In this document: piece after piece, positions 48,849 through 59,214 of the stretch
Layout: the number at the start of each line of letters is the position of its first letter
Numbering within the stretch: position 1 is the first letter of the stretch
Assembly: GCA_948443805.1 (NCBI GenBank)
Contig: CAOJUB010000003.1
Coordinates: 1,086-65,085 of the forward strand
DNA: 64,000 nt
Direction of reading: 5' to 3'
Origin: an uncultured Clostridia bacterium
GTDB taxonomy: Bacteria > Bacillota > Clostridia > Oscillospirales > UBA644
Translations under genes and position numbers: made by a program
Notes under the pieces: generated by a model
What the model was told of the DNA's origin: nothing
Seen by the model: only the letters and a program-made list of their open reading frames with translations
The model's database searches: none

Positions 48849-50243
48849 ATGAAAATAAAAATAAAGAATAAAGAATTCAATCTGCGTGTTACGGAAATTG
48901 TTTTATCCGCTTTTTTTGTTATTTTTGTCGCCTGTTATTTTGGCGAAGCCATGAGTTTCTGGCTGAACTTTACTTTTCTTTTGAACGGAATCGTGATCCT
49001 TTTTTCTCTTTTCCGGGCGATCGACCGGCGGGCATATTCGTTTGAACTGGTTCATTTAATATTTTACTCAATCTTTTTTTGGATCGCGCCGGTGATTCAG
49101 CGGAATTACCATTATATTGCATGGGGTGTCAGGATTTCAGATACGGAGTGTGTCTGGGTCAATGGGATTCTTCTTTTATGGCTGGTGTTGTTTCAGCTGG
49201 GACAGAAAATTGCCGGGACGAAAAGTTTCCGGCAGATACAAAAACCGGTTGGTATTCCGAAGCCTTTTGTGATCGGTACGGCGGGAATCACAGTTGTTCT
49301 CACTTTGATCATGTTTTTCAGGCAGGGCTTGCGCGGGCTGATTGCTGATGGGGGAAATTTGTTCGGTTCTAACGTATCGGCAACGGTAGGCTCTCTTTTC
49401 TTTCATTGTGTTACGGCTTTTATTACTTTTACTGCTATTTATTCGATCCGGTTTTGGAAAAAGGAGCGGGAAAATAACCGAAATTGGTTCTGGCTGATGT
49501 TTCTGTGTCTGTTTTGTTTGGTTCTGACCAGTTTTCCTACGGCCATTTCCCGGTATGCTGCCGGATCCATTTATCTTTGCGTGGCGATTAATCTTTTTCC
49601 GGTTGCCAAGAAAAAACCGTTGTTTTTCTGGATTTTTTCCTGCGGCATGTTATTGATGTTCCCGGTTATGGATTTGTACCGGTATGTTTCGATCGGCGAA
49701 GTCGGCATGGATTCTATTCTGGGACAGATTTTGTCTTTGAACCGGTATTTTGCAACCGGTAATTATGACGCCTATTCTATGCTGGCGATTTGTTTTCGTT
49801 ACATTACTTCTTACGGTTACCGTTTCGGGAAACAGCTTCTCGGGGCAATTCTGTTTTTTGTTCCGCGTGCGCTGTGGCCGGGTAAAGCGATCAGCTCCGG
49901 GGCGGAGATCGCCCATTCCATCGGGTTGACGTTTGATAATATTTCGGCGCCTTTGCCAATGGAAGCCTTTATCGATTTCGGTATTGCGGGAATTGTTGTG
50001 TTTGCTTTCGGTATCGGATATCTGCTGCGGCGGGTTGATAATTCTTATTGGCAGAACGAGGAGGAACACCGAAATTCGTATATCGATATTCTGTACTGTT
50101 ACGCCGTGCCGTTCTTTTTGTTTTTATGCCGGGGGTCGCTGCTTTCTACCTGGGGATATCTGGTTGCCAATATGGCGGTTGTTTTGGCGATGTCGCTGAC
50201 CTGCGTGTTCCTTCCGAAGATAAAATGGATACGGAAGAAATAA
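48849..50243 (+). CDS. wzy: Wzy-like polysaccharide polymerase
   Basis: Many TM helices; FFVPRALWPGK loop; locus context. Confidence 0.75.
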   Translation: MKIKIKNKEFNLRVTEIVLSAFFVIFVACYFGEAMSFWLNFTFLLNGIVILFSLFRAIDRRAYSFELVHLIFYSIFFWIAPVIQRNYHYIAWGVRISDTECVWVNGILLLWLVLFQLGQKIAGTKSFRQIQKPVGIPKPFVIGTAGITVVLTLIMFFRQGLRGLIADGGNLFGSNVSATVGSLFFHCVTAFITFTAIYSIRFWKKERENNRNWFWLMFLCLFCLVLTSFPTAISRYAAGSIYLCVAINLFPVAKKKPLFFWIFSCGMLLMFPVMDLYRYVSIGEVGMDSILGQILSLNRYFATGNYDAYSMLAICFRYITSYGYRFGKQLLGAILFFVPRALWPGKAISSGAEIAHSIGLTFDNISAPLPMEAFIDFGIAGIVVFAFGIGYLLRRVDNSYWQNEEEHRNSYIDILYCYAVPFFLFLCRGSLLSTWGYLVANMAVVLAMSLTCVFLPKIKWIRKK

Positions 50244-50297
50244 TGATGCTGCGGAGTTCCGGTCTCGGAAAGAATGTAAGAATTTCGGGGGAAAAAA

Positions 50298-51716
50298 ATG
50301 AATTGTTTACTGCTTGTCAATAATATCGGCGAAGAATATATTTCTTATATCAAGGCTTTTGGCCGGCTTTTGGAGGCTGAAGGCCATACGGTTTTTTATG
50401 CAATTGAACATCGGATAGCGGAAGACCGTACGGGAGTTTTCATCGAAAGCGAAAGAAAATTTTATTTTCATAATCAGGATTTCGGAACCGAAGGCCTGTT
50501 GGAAAAATATGAAGATCTCAACTGCTTCCGGGCATTATATCCGTGTTATGACCGGAATCTTACATATGGTTACCGGGATTGTGTCCGGATGGAGAAAGAC
50601 GGAACCGGATTGATACTCCGGCTACTTTCTTTTTTTGAAAAAATTCTTTCGGAACATCCGATTGACTGCATATTCAGTGAAAACGTATCCAATTCTTTTT
50701 TATATGCCGCTTATTTGGCGGGAAAGAAAAACGGCGTTGTTTATGCCGGTTTGATTCCTTCCCGGATTCCCGGCCGGTATGAGTTGTGGACCGATGAATT
50801 CGGCAATATCCCTTTTCGGGAATCGCTTTTTGCAGAAACAGATGCCGCACGGATTCCGGAAGATGAAAAACGGGAGATACTGGATTACATCTCTTCTATT
50901 GCTGAGAAAAAACCGGACTATATGGAAAATAATATTACCAGTATGAATATCGGTTATATCCGGTATTATTTGCGGAAAGCCGGTGATCTCGGCCGGGTTC
51001 TGAAACTCTCTGCAGGCTGGGATCAGTCTTTGACGCATATGATGGTTTCTCCGGTCAAAGCTTCGATCCGGATGATGAAACGGAATTTTTCCCGGAAGGC
51101 GAAGATGAAAAAACTGGCAAAACGATATGCTGACGCCGACCTGACAAAGAAATATTTCATCTATCCAATGCATTTTCAGCCGGAATCTTCGACATCGGTA
51201 AATGCAATGTTTTATGCAAATCAGGTAGAGACGATTCAGAATCTTGCCTTTTCACTTCCGCTTGGCACGGAGCTGTATGTGAAGGATCACCCGAATGGGA
51301 TCGGTTTTCTTTCGGAACAGGATTACGATCGGATTGTTAATCTTCCGAATGTCCGTTATTTGTCTCCGCTGACCAAAAACGAACCGCTTCTGAAACACTC
51401 GCTCGGTGTTGTAACCCTGACTTCTACGATGGGCTATGAAGCGTTATTGATGAAAAAACCGGTTCTTACGATCGGCCGTGTGTTTTATAATTATCATCCG
51501 TATTGTTTCACTGTTACGGACAGCAATCAGCTTTTTGATACTATGCGGCGGATGGCGAAAGGGGATTTCCCGGATTTCGACGAATATAACCTGCGGTTTA
51601 TTAAAACGTATCGGGATACCACTTTCCTGGGCCGGGCTTGGGATCAGTCGGAAGACTCCCTTCGAATACTGGCGGAAAATTTGAACGGTATCGTGAGAGG
51701 AACAAACCATGACTGA
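50298..51716 (+). CDS. KpsS-like capsule protein, putative nonulosonate transferase
   Basis: YPMHFQPE, VKDHP, STMGYEALL motifs. Confidence 0.7.
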   Translation: MNCLLLVNNIGEEYISYIKAFGRLLEAEGHTVFYAIEHRIAEDRTGVFIESERKFYFHNQDFGTEGLLEKYEDLNCFRALYPCYDRNLTYGYRDCVRMEKDGTGLILRLLSFFEKILSEHPIDCIFSENVSNSFLYAAYLAGKKNGVVYAGLIPSRIPGRYELWTDEFGNIPFRESLFAETDAARIPEDEKREILDYISSIAEKKPDYMENNITSMNIGYIRYYLRKAGDLGRVLKLSAGWDQSLTHMMVSPVKASIRMMKRNFSRKAKMKKLAKRYADADLTKKYFIYPMHFQPESSTSVNAMFYANQVETIQNLAFSLPLGTELYVKDHPNGIGFLSEQDYDRIVNLPNVRYLSPLTKNEPLLKHSLGVVTLTSTMGYEALLMKKPVLTIGRVFYNYHPYCFTVTDSNQLFDTMRRMAKGDFPDFDEYNLRFIKTYRDTTFLGRAWDQSEDSLRILAENLNGIVRGTNHD

Positions 51717-53151
51717 CGTAAAATCTATGCTGAAAAAAATGCTGAAATTTTCGTTGGTTCCGGTTGTTTCAGCGCTGCTGACCGTGTTTGTCCTTCCGTT
51801 TGTCACCCGGGTATTTCCGGACGAGGAGTACGGAAAAATCAATTTCTTTTATTCCACGGCAAATATTTTGGTGTATGTTTTTCTGATTGGCCTGGATAAC
51901 GCATTTATCCGGTATTATTATGAAAGTGACGATACCAAACAGCGGAAAAAGCTTCTTTCCTTTGCTTTGTTTACGGGACTGATTCTGAATTTTGCGGTAT
52001 TTTCCTTTGTTACTTTGTTTGCAGGAGATCCGCTTTCGTTCCGTCTTTTCGGCGAAGAGAACAAATTTGTTTTAATCGCTCTTTCTATTTTCTGCGGAAG
52101 CCAGATCGCCTTCCGGATGCTGAATCTTTCCGCACGGATGGAAATGAATGCTTTCCGCTATAATATTCAGAATATCATTCAGATTTTAATTACCCGGGTT
52201 TCTTACTGCGTTGTTGCCGTCTATTCTACCCGGTATACATATTCTGTTTGGTGTATGGCGATTTCAAGTTTGATATTTATGGCTTTTTATCTGTGGAAGC
52301 AGAGACGGTATTTCGTTTTTCGGCATGTGATTCCTTCCCGAGAAATGACCAAGGATCTGTTTAAATTCGGTTTGCCCGGAATGGCTTCGTGTTTGGCGCT
52401 GTATCTAAATTCCTATGTTGGGAAACTGGTTTTGACCTGGTCGGGAAATTACGGAGATACCGGCGTTCTGGCAATCGCTACGACGCTTGCCAGCATTTTT
52501 ACCATTATTCCGAGCGCTTTTGCCACGTTCTGGTCTCCGTTTATGTATGAAAATTATAAAGAACAGCAGCCGATGATAAAAAAGACGCATAACTATGTCG
52601 TTTTCGGCGCCTTAATTATTGTAATCGGAATTGTCGCTTTTCAGGATATCCTGTATCTTCTTCTGGGTGAAAAATACCGTGTTTCTCAGGCTTATTTTAT
52701 GCTGATTATGATTAATCCGATTCAGAACCTGATTAATGAAACGACAAGTTACGGTATTTCTATTGTGAAGAAAACTTATTACAATATGATCATGACGGTT
52801 ATCGGCGTTCTCCTGAATCTTGTATCCTGCTTTATTTTTGTTCCCCGCTTCGGTGCAATGGGGGCGGCGGTCGGCGTTGCGGTCTCTTCGGTATTTTTAT
52901 GGATTTCACTGACGGTCATCGGACAGAAATTCTATTCCAGTATTACCAGTCCTCTGAAAACACTTTCAGGAAGTTTTTTGATCTTTATTCTTTGTGTAGC
53001 AAATAGTTTTGTCTGCGATAAGCTGATTCCCAAAATTATTGTCTGCCTTGCTTGCCTGGTTCTGGGGCTGATTCTATATCGGAAAGAACTTTCGGAAATG
53101 GGCGGCGCCGTTTCGAACTTTTTCAAAAAACGGCGAAGCCTTTCACAGTAA
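51709..53151 (+). CDS. wzx: Wzx flippase
   Basis: TRVFPDEEYG, GLDNAFIRYY, PRFGAMGAA; many TM helices. Confidence 0.85.
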   Translation: MTDVKSMLKKMLKFSLVPVVSALLTVFVLPFVTRVFPDEEYGKINFFYSTANILVYVFLIGLDNAFIRYYYESDDTKQRKKLLSFALFTGLILNFAVFSFVTLFAGDPLSFRLFGEENKFVLIALSIFCGSQIAFRMLNLSARMEMNAFRYNIQNIIQILITRVSYCVVAVYSTRYTYSVWCMAISSLIFMAFYLWKQRRYFVFRHVIPSREMTKDLFKFGLPGMASCLALYLNSYVGKLVLTWSGNYGDTGVLAIATTLASIFTIIPSAFATFWSPFMYENYKEQQPMIKKTHNYVVFGALIIVIGIVAFQDILYLLLGEKYRVSQAYFMLIMINPIQNLINETTSYGISIVKKTYYNMIMTVIGVLLNLVSCFIFVPRFGAMGAAVGVAVSSVFLWISLTVIGQKFYSSITSPLKTLSGSFLIFILCVANSFVCDKLIPKIIVCLACLVLGLILYRKELSEMGGAVSNFFKKRRSLSQ

Positions 53152-53203
53152 TGGGTTTGTTTTTCCTGAAAAAATTATGGAGAAGAAAGACTGAGGTTTT
53201 TGT

Positions 53204-53917
53204 ATGAGCAATCTTGCGTTGATTACCGCCCGGGGCGGCAGTAAGCGGATTCCCAAAAAGAATATCAAGGAATTCTGCGGAAAACCGATCATTGCCTATT
53301 CAATTAAATCTGCGCTGGAAAGCGGTTTGTTTGACGAGGTAATGGTCTCAACCGACAGTGAAGAAATCGCTGCTATTGCAAGGCAGTACGGCGCTTCGGT
53401 TCCATTTATGCGTTCGGGAGAAACGGCGAACGACTATGCTTCTACCATTGACGTCTGCCGCGAGGTTCTGCGCTGCTATGAGGAAATCGGACGAACATTC
53501 GATTATTTTTGCTGTTTGTATCCGACGGCGCCGTTTGTTACGCCGGACAAACTCAAAGAGGCTTTCGCGCGGTTGTCGGATCCGGAAACAAAGCCCCTTT
53601 CGGTTTTTCCGGTAACCGCCTTTTCCTATCCGCCGCAGCGGGGGCTTTATGTCAATGAAAAAAAACAGACTTCCTGGGTTTATCCGGAACATCAGTTTAC
53701 CCGCTCTCAGGATCTTCCCAAAATTTATCACGACTGCGGCCAGTTTTATTTTATCAATATGGAGTTGTTCCGGCAGAATGGCTATGATGATGTGGATGAG
53801 ACAACGCAGGCTATTATTATGGGCGAGAATGAAGTGCAGGATATCGACACACCGGAGGACTGGACGCTGGCAGAACTGAAATACCGTTTAATGTTCGGCT
53901 CGAAAGAAGATTTTTGA
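53204..53917 (+). CDS. pseF: Pseudaminic acid cytidylyltransferase (CMP-nonulosonate synthetase)
   Basis: ARGGSKRIPKKNI, CLYPTAPF, RSQDL..YHDCGQFY, QDIDTPEDW. Confidence 0.85.
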   Translation: MSNLALITARGGSKRIPKKNIKEFCGKPIIAYSIKSALESGLFDEVMVSTDSEEIAAIARQYGASVPFMRSGETANDYASTIDVCREVLRCYEEIGRTFDYFCCLYPTAPFVTPDKLKEAFARLSDPETKPLSVFPVTAFSYPPQRGLYVNEKKQTSWVYPEHQFTRSQDLPKIYHDCGQFYFINMELFRQNGYDDVDETTQAIIMGENEVQDIDTPEDWTLAELKYRLMFGSKEDF

Positions 53918-54015
53918 TTGGCGGTTTTCTACAACACCGGTTCTGTTTTGACAGAATCTGATTTTGACACACACAAAGAACGCTTGTTTCAAAGCGAAAG
54001 ATATGGGGAATACAG

Positions 54016-54685
54016 ATGAAGAAAATTGTTGTTTACGGAGCCTCCGTCCTTGCTGAAATTGCGGCGAAAATCGCCGAAATTCGGGGGGAGCGGGGTTGTC
54101 GGCGGCTATGCGGTCAGCGACGAATACCTTCTCCTGGGCCAGGAAAACGAAAAATATATCGTTCCTGCCAGCCGGATGACGGAACTGTTTCCGCCGTCGG
54201 AATACGACGCGGTTGTCGGCCTGATGGTGAATGATATGTATGTCATCCGGGAAGCAGTTTCCCGGAAACTGAAAGCGGCCGGGTATTCGCTGCCGAACCT
54301 GATTCATCCTTCGGCGGTTGTGGAAACGGAGGATATCGGCGACGGGAATCTGATTTTGCCCGGGGTTGTGATCGACAGCCACTGCACGATCGGCAGCGGC
54401 AATATTTTCTGGCCGAAGGTTGTTCTTCCGCACGATAATTCGGTCGGTGACTTCTGCAATCTTGCGCCGTCGGTCTCTTTTTCCGGGAACAGCCGGATTA
54501 AAAATCATTGTTTTGTCGGCAACAACAGTTCGCTGAAAAACGGGATAACGGTGCATGATTTCGGTTTTGTCGGCGCGAATTCCTATGTTTCCTGCGATAT
54601 TCCCGCCTACGGCGTATTTCTTCCCCCGCCTTCGGAAAGAGGCGTTTTATTGACAGATAAAAAAAGCACGGATATGGGCTTTTAA
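54016..54685 (+). pseudogene. NeuD/PglD-type hexapeptide acetyltransferase, frameshifted at a G-tract
   Basis: N-terminus MKKIVVYGAS in the 54016 frame; LIHPSA and left-handed beta-helix repeats in the +1 frame; junction at CGGGGGGAGCGGGG (54082-54095). Confidence 0.75.
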
Positions 54686-54728
54686 TGATAGGACAGATCA
54701 GACCGAATGGGTCGGAAAGGATTTTTTT

Positions 54729-57701
54729 GTGTCTGAAAGTAGAAATAATAACGTTGTTTTTTCTCCGGAAAAAGACGGCGGTTCGGCGCCGCAGCTGAAA
54801 AATTTATTCCTGAGGCAGTCGTATCTGGACGCTTATTCGGATTATGAACGGTCGCTGGAGAACGAATCTGCCGTTGTGTGGGATTATGTGGTTTTATCGG
54901 CCTCAAACCAGACGCAGGCGGAAGCCTACCGGCAGCAAATTGTCTCGCGGCAGGAAAAAGGCAAACTTTGCCGCCGGACGCATTATTTGGTCGTTTCTGA
55001 TCCGGAGGGAAAACGGGTCGGTTCCGGCGGCGCTACGCTGAATATTATAAAAACAATTGCCCTACACAGCAAACAAACAGATTTCAGCGGTCTGCGGATT
55101 TTGGTGCTTCACAGCGGCGGAGACGCGAAACGTACGCCGCAGTATTCTGCCTGCGGAAAAATTTTTTCTCCGGTTCCCCGGATGCTTCCCGACGGCCGGC
55201 GTTCCACCCTTTTTGATGAGTTTCTCATCAATCTTTCGGGGATTCCCGCCCGGCTGCCCGGCGGCGGTATGCTGGTCTGCTCCGGCGACGTACTGTTGCT
55301 GTTTAACGCTTTGCAGCTGGATTTTTCCGGGGAGGGCGCGGTGGCGCTTTCGATGAAAGAACCGGTGGAAACCGGAAAAAATCACGGTGTTTTTCTCGGA
55401 GACAATGCGGGAAATGTCCGCTGTTTTTTACATAAACAAACGCCGGAAAAACTGCGCTTGCTCGGCGCTGTCGATGAGGACGGCCGGGTGGATTTAGATA
55501 CCGGCGCGGTAATTTTCAGCGGGGCGATGTTGAACGATTTATATTGCCTGATAGATACCGACCGGAAATTTGACGAGTTGGTTAACGACCGTGTCCGTCT
55601 TTCTTTTTACGCCGATTTTCTTTATCCGCTTGCTTCCGACAGCACGCTTTCCGAATTTTATCGGGAGCAGCCGGAAGGGGAGTATTCTTCTGAACTTTCC
55701 GATGCCCGGACGCTTTTGTGGGAGGTTCTTCGAAAATACCGGCTGAAGATGATCCGTTTCTCTCCCGCTTCGTTTCTTCATTTCGGTACGACGGGTGAAT
55801 TGCTGAAGCTGATGACCGAAGACATGCCGGCGTTTCGTTTTCTCGATTGGTCGGCGCTGGTCAATACGAATTTGAAACCGGTTTCTTATGCGGTAAGTAA
55901 TTCCTATATCAGCCAGAATGCAGAAATCGGAAAGAACTGTTATATTGAGGACAGTTATGTTCATCACAATACAAAAATCGGCGAAGGGTGTGTGATCTCC
56001 TGCGTAACGCTGCGCGGAGTTACCGTACCGGACGGCACAGTTCTTCACGGCCTGAAGCTGGCCGACGGCCGTTTTGTTGTGCGGATGTATGCGGTTTCGG
56101 ATAATCCGAAGTTTCCGGTTTGGTTCGGAGAACCGATGGATGAGCCGCTGTGGACAAAACCGCTGTTTATCGCCTGCGATACGATGGATGAGGCGGTTCA
56201 AAAAACGCTGAACCGGGAAACGGCTCCGGGCATGCTTTCGCTTGCGGAAAGTTTTGCCTTGGCGGACGTCAATGCGATTCTTCCCTGGCAGCAAAAACTG
56301 AATGATACTGTGAAGGCGGAGGCCTTTCTTGCCGAGATTGATCGGCGTGTTCCCGCCGAGCAGGCTATTTCGGTTTTTCGAACCGGAATTTCCGAAAGAG
56401 TGGTTCGGTATTTGATGGAAGAGGCGGCGCGTCTAGACGAAAACTGCCTGTCTTCGTTCAGTCGAAAAATCCGGATTTATTATTATTTATCGAAAGTAAC
56501 CGACCGCGAAAAAATGACCGACCGCTGTTTTCAGGCGATTTGCCGTTCGGTGCTGAATGCCGCGCCGCATGCCGTGGGCTGTGATAAAATGCTGCGGATT
56601 GTGAAAGACGATGTGGTTGTCCGGCTTCCGGTTCGCGTGAACTGGGGCGGCGGCTGGAGCGATACGCCGCCGTATTGTTCGGAACACGGCGGAACGGTGC
56701 TGAATGCCGCGGTTACCCTTGACGGCAATCTGCCGATTGAAGTGTCACTGAAAAAAACCGAAGAAAAAAAGATTATTCTTTCTTCAACGGATATCGGTTC
56801 GTACCGGGAGTTTGACGATCTCTCTCTTATGCAGGACTGCCGGAATCCTTCCGACCCGTTTGCCCTGCATAAGGCCGCGTTGATTGCCTGCGGCGTGATT
56901 CCTGCAAAAGCAGGGGAAGAAAGCGTGGTTTCGCTGTGCCGAAGGCTGGGCGGCGGTATTTATATGAATACCCGTGTGATCAATATTCCCAAGGGGTCGG
57001 GGCTGGGAACCAGTTCTCTGCTTTCGGCCGCCTGTGTGAAAGGGCTTTATGCCTTTACCGGCAGAGAGGTTACGCAGAACGAGGTTTATTCCCGCGTTAT
57101 GTGCATGGAGCAGATTATGTCTACCGGCGGCGGCTGGCAGGATCAGGTCGGCGGGCTGTCGGCAGGGATAAAAATGGTATCTTCCGCGCCGGGACTCCGG
57201 CAGGATATTTTTACCGAACCGGTTCGGATTTCTCCGGAAACCCTGCAGGAATTAAAGAACCGTTTTGCCTTGATTTATACCGGGCAGCGGCGTTTGGCAA
57301 GAAATCTTCTGCGCGAAGTTGTCGGAAAATATATCGGCGGCGAGCCTTCTGCCGTGCAGGTTCTCAATGAAATTCAGCGGCTTGCGGTTCTTATGCGTTT
57401 TGAGCTGGAGAAGGGAAATGTCGATGGGTTTGCCGGGCTTTTGTCGGAGCACTGGGAGTGCAGCAAGCGTTTGGATGCAGGCTGTACCAATACCTGTATT
57501 GATCAGATTTTTCATTCGGTTGAGGATCTGATTGACGGGCGGATGATCTGCGGTGCCGGCGGCGGCGGTTTTTTGCAGGTGATTTTGAAAAAAAATGTTT
57601 GTGTGGCTGATCTTCAAAAACGGCTGCGCGAGGTTTTTGCCGATTCCGGCGTGTGCGTGTGGAAAGCGGAGATTTTAACGGATTCTTCTGTTATGTTCTG
57701 A
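54729..57701 (+). CDS. fkp: Bifunctional L-fucokinase / GDP-fucose pyrophosphorylase
   Basis: DPEGKRVGSGGAT, HSGGD, GGGWSDTPP, PKGSGLGTSS, GGGWQDQ, GAGGGG. Confidence 0.9.
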   Translation: MSESRNNNVVFSPEKDGGSAPQLKNLFLRQSYLDAYSDYERSLENESAVVWDYVVLSASNQTQAEAYRQQIVSRQEKGKLCRRTHYLVVSDPEGKRVGSGGATLNIIKTIALHSKQTDFSGLRILVLHSGGDAKRTPQYSACGKIFSPVPRMLPDGRRSTLFDEFLINLSGIPARLPGGGMLVCSGDVLLLFNALQLDFSGEGAVALSMKEPVETGKNHGVFLGDNAGNVRCFLHKQTPEKLRLLGAVDEDGRVDLDTGAVIFSGAMLNDLYCLIDTDRKFDELVNDRVRLSFYADFLYPLASDSTLSEFYREQPEGEYSSELSDARTLLWEVLRKYRLKMIRFSPASFLHFGTTGELLKLMTEDMPAFRFLDWSALVNTNLKPVSYAVSNSYISQNAEIGKNCYIEDSYVHHNTKIGEGCVISCVTLRGVTVPDGTVLHGLKLADGRFVVRMYAVSDNPKFPVWFGEPMDEPLWTKPLFIACDTMDEAVQKTLNRETAPGMLSLAESFALADVNAILPWQQKLNDTVKAEAFLAEIDRRVPAEQAISVFRTGISERVVRYLMEEAARLDENCLSSFSRKIRIYYYLSKVTDREKMTDRCFQAICRSVLNAAPHAVGCDKMLRIVKDDVVVRLPVRVNWGGGWSDTPPYCSEHGGTVLNAAVTLDGNLPIEVSLKKTEEKKIILSSTDIGSYREFDDLSLMQDCRNPSDPFALHKAALIACGVIPAKAGEESVVSLCRRLGGGIYMNTRVINIPKGSGLGTSSLLSAACVKGLYAFTGREVTQNEVYSRVMCMEQIMSTGGGWQDQVGGLSAGIKMVSSAPGLRQDIFTEPVRISPETLQELKNRFALIYTGQRRLARNLLREVVGKYIGGEPSAVQVLNEIQRLAVLMRFELEKGNVDGFAGLLSEHWECSKRLDAGCTNTCIDQIFHSVEDLIDGRMICGAGGGGFLQVILKKNVCVADLQKRLREVFADSGVCVWKAEILTDSSVMF

Positions 57702-57792
57702 AAATGCGGTATGAGACCGATACCGTTCGGCATATAGATAGTGTGGCGGCGTTTTCTTTGCCGCCTTGCAACAGAAAGGTATGAGAGAGAAC

Positions 57793-59112
57793 ATGGGATT
57801 ATATGAGGATTTGGTAAACCGGAAGGAAAAACTGTCTTTGGTTGGGCTTGGTTATGTCGGGCTGCCGATTGCCGTAGCATTTGCTAAAAAAGTAGATGTG
57901 ATCGGTTTTGATCTCAGCGCAGAGAAAATCCGTCTTTATCAGTCCGGCGTAGACCCGACCAACGAGGTCGGAGATGAGGCGGTTCGGAATACGTCGGTCG
58001 ATTTTACTTCGGAGGAAAAAAAGCTGCGTGAGGCAAAATTTCATATTGTTGCCGTGCCTACTCCGGTAAATCAGGATAAAACGCCGGATTTGAAACCGGT
58101 TGTCAGCGCCAGTGAAATCGTTGGCCGGAATCTGGTTAAAGGGTCTGTTGTTGTGTATGAATCAACCGTTTATCCCGGCGTTACCGAGGATATCTGCATT
58201 CCGATTCTGGAAAAGGAATCCGGACTTCGCTGCGGCGCTGATTTTAAGGTCGGCTATTCTCCCGAAAGAATTAATCCCGGCGATAAGGTTCACCGGCTGG
58301 AAAATATCCGGAAAATTGTTTCCGGTATGGATTCGGAATCTCTGGAAGAGATTGCAAGCGTGTATGAACTGGTGATTGAGGCCGGCGTTCACCGCGCTTC
58401 CGGTATTAAAGTGGCGGAAGCGGCAAAAGTGGTGGAAAACAGCCAGCGGGATATCAATATCGCTTTTATGAATGAACTGGCTATGGTTTTTGACCGGATG
58501 GGGATTGATACCAACGAGGTCGTTGACGCTATGGATACCAAGTGGAACGCGCTCGGTTTCCGGCCCGGGCTGGTCGGCGGGCACTGTATCGGCGTTGATC
58601 CTTATTATTTTGTTTATGAAGCCGAAAAGTTGGGCTATCACAGCCAGATTGTTCTTTCCGGCCGGAAAGTCAATGACGGCATGGGGGCTTTTGTCGCTGA
58701 TGCGGCGATCAAAAAACTGATTCAGGCCAACAAAAAGGTTCGGGATGCGCGCGTTTTTATTTTCGGTTTGACTTTTAAAGAAAACTGCCCGGATATCCGG
58801 AACAGTAAAGTAGAAGATATTATCAGCCGGCTGCGGGAATATTGCATCGAACCGCTGGTTGTCGATCCCCGTGCGGACCGGGAGGAAGCGGCAAGGGAAT
58901 ACGGCGTTTGCCTGACTGATTTTTCGGAAGTCAAAGAGGCGGACTGCATTATATTTGCGGTGGCGCACGATGAGTTCCGCAAACTGACCCTTGCTGAGAT
59001 CGGAGATTTTTACGGAAATTTTCCGGCGGACGAAAAAGTGTTGATCGACGTGAAAGGCCTCTTTTCTCAGGACGAACTGAAGGCGGCCGGATATACCTAT
59101 TGGAGACTGTGA
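57793..59112 (+). CDS. UDP-HexNAc 6-dehydrogenase (WbpO/TviB-like)
   Basis: GLGYVGLP, YESTVYPG, SPERINPGD, GGHCIGVDPYY, FKENCPDIRNSK. Confidence 0.92.
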   Translation: MGLYEDLVNRKEKLSLVGLGYVGLPIAVAFAKKVDVIGFDLSAEKIRLYQSGVDPTNEVGDEAVRNTSVDFTSEEKKLREAKFHIVAVPTPVNQDKTPDLKPVVSASEIVGRNLVKGSVVVYESTVYPGVTEDICIPILEKESGLRCGADFKVGYSPERINPGDKVHRLENIRKIVSGMDSESLEEIASVYELVIEAGVHRASGIKVAEAAKVVENSQRDINIAFMNELAMVFDRMGIDTNEVVDAMDTKWNALGFRPGLVGGHCIGVDPYYFVYEAEKLGYHSQIVLSGRKVNDGMGAFVADAAIKKLIQANKKVRDARVFIFGLTFKENCPDIRNSKVEDIISRLREYCIEPLVVDPRADREEAAREYGVCLTDFSEVKEADCIIFAVAHDEFRKLTLAEIGDFYGNFPADEKVLIDVKGLFSQDELKAAGYTYWRL

Positions 59113-59152
59113 GGACGGCTTGACCGGAAGGGGTCGAAGGCCGAAGAACGAC

Positions 59153-59190
59153 AAATCCCGGAACGGCAGAAAGCCGTTCCGGGATTTTTT
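59153..59190. terminator. Bidirectional terminator
   Basis: AAATCCCGGAACGGC-AGAAA-GCCGTTCCGGGATTTTTT. Confidence 0.85.
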
Positions 59191-59214
59191 ATTGTTTTTC
59201 TGTGATTTGGTTCT

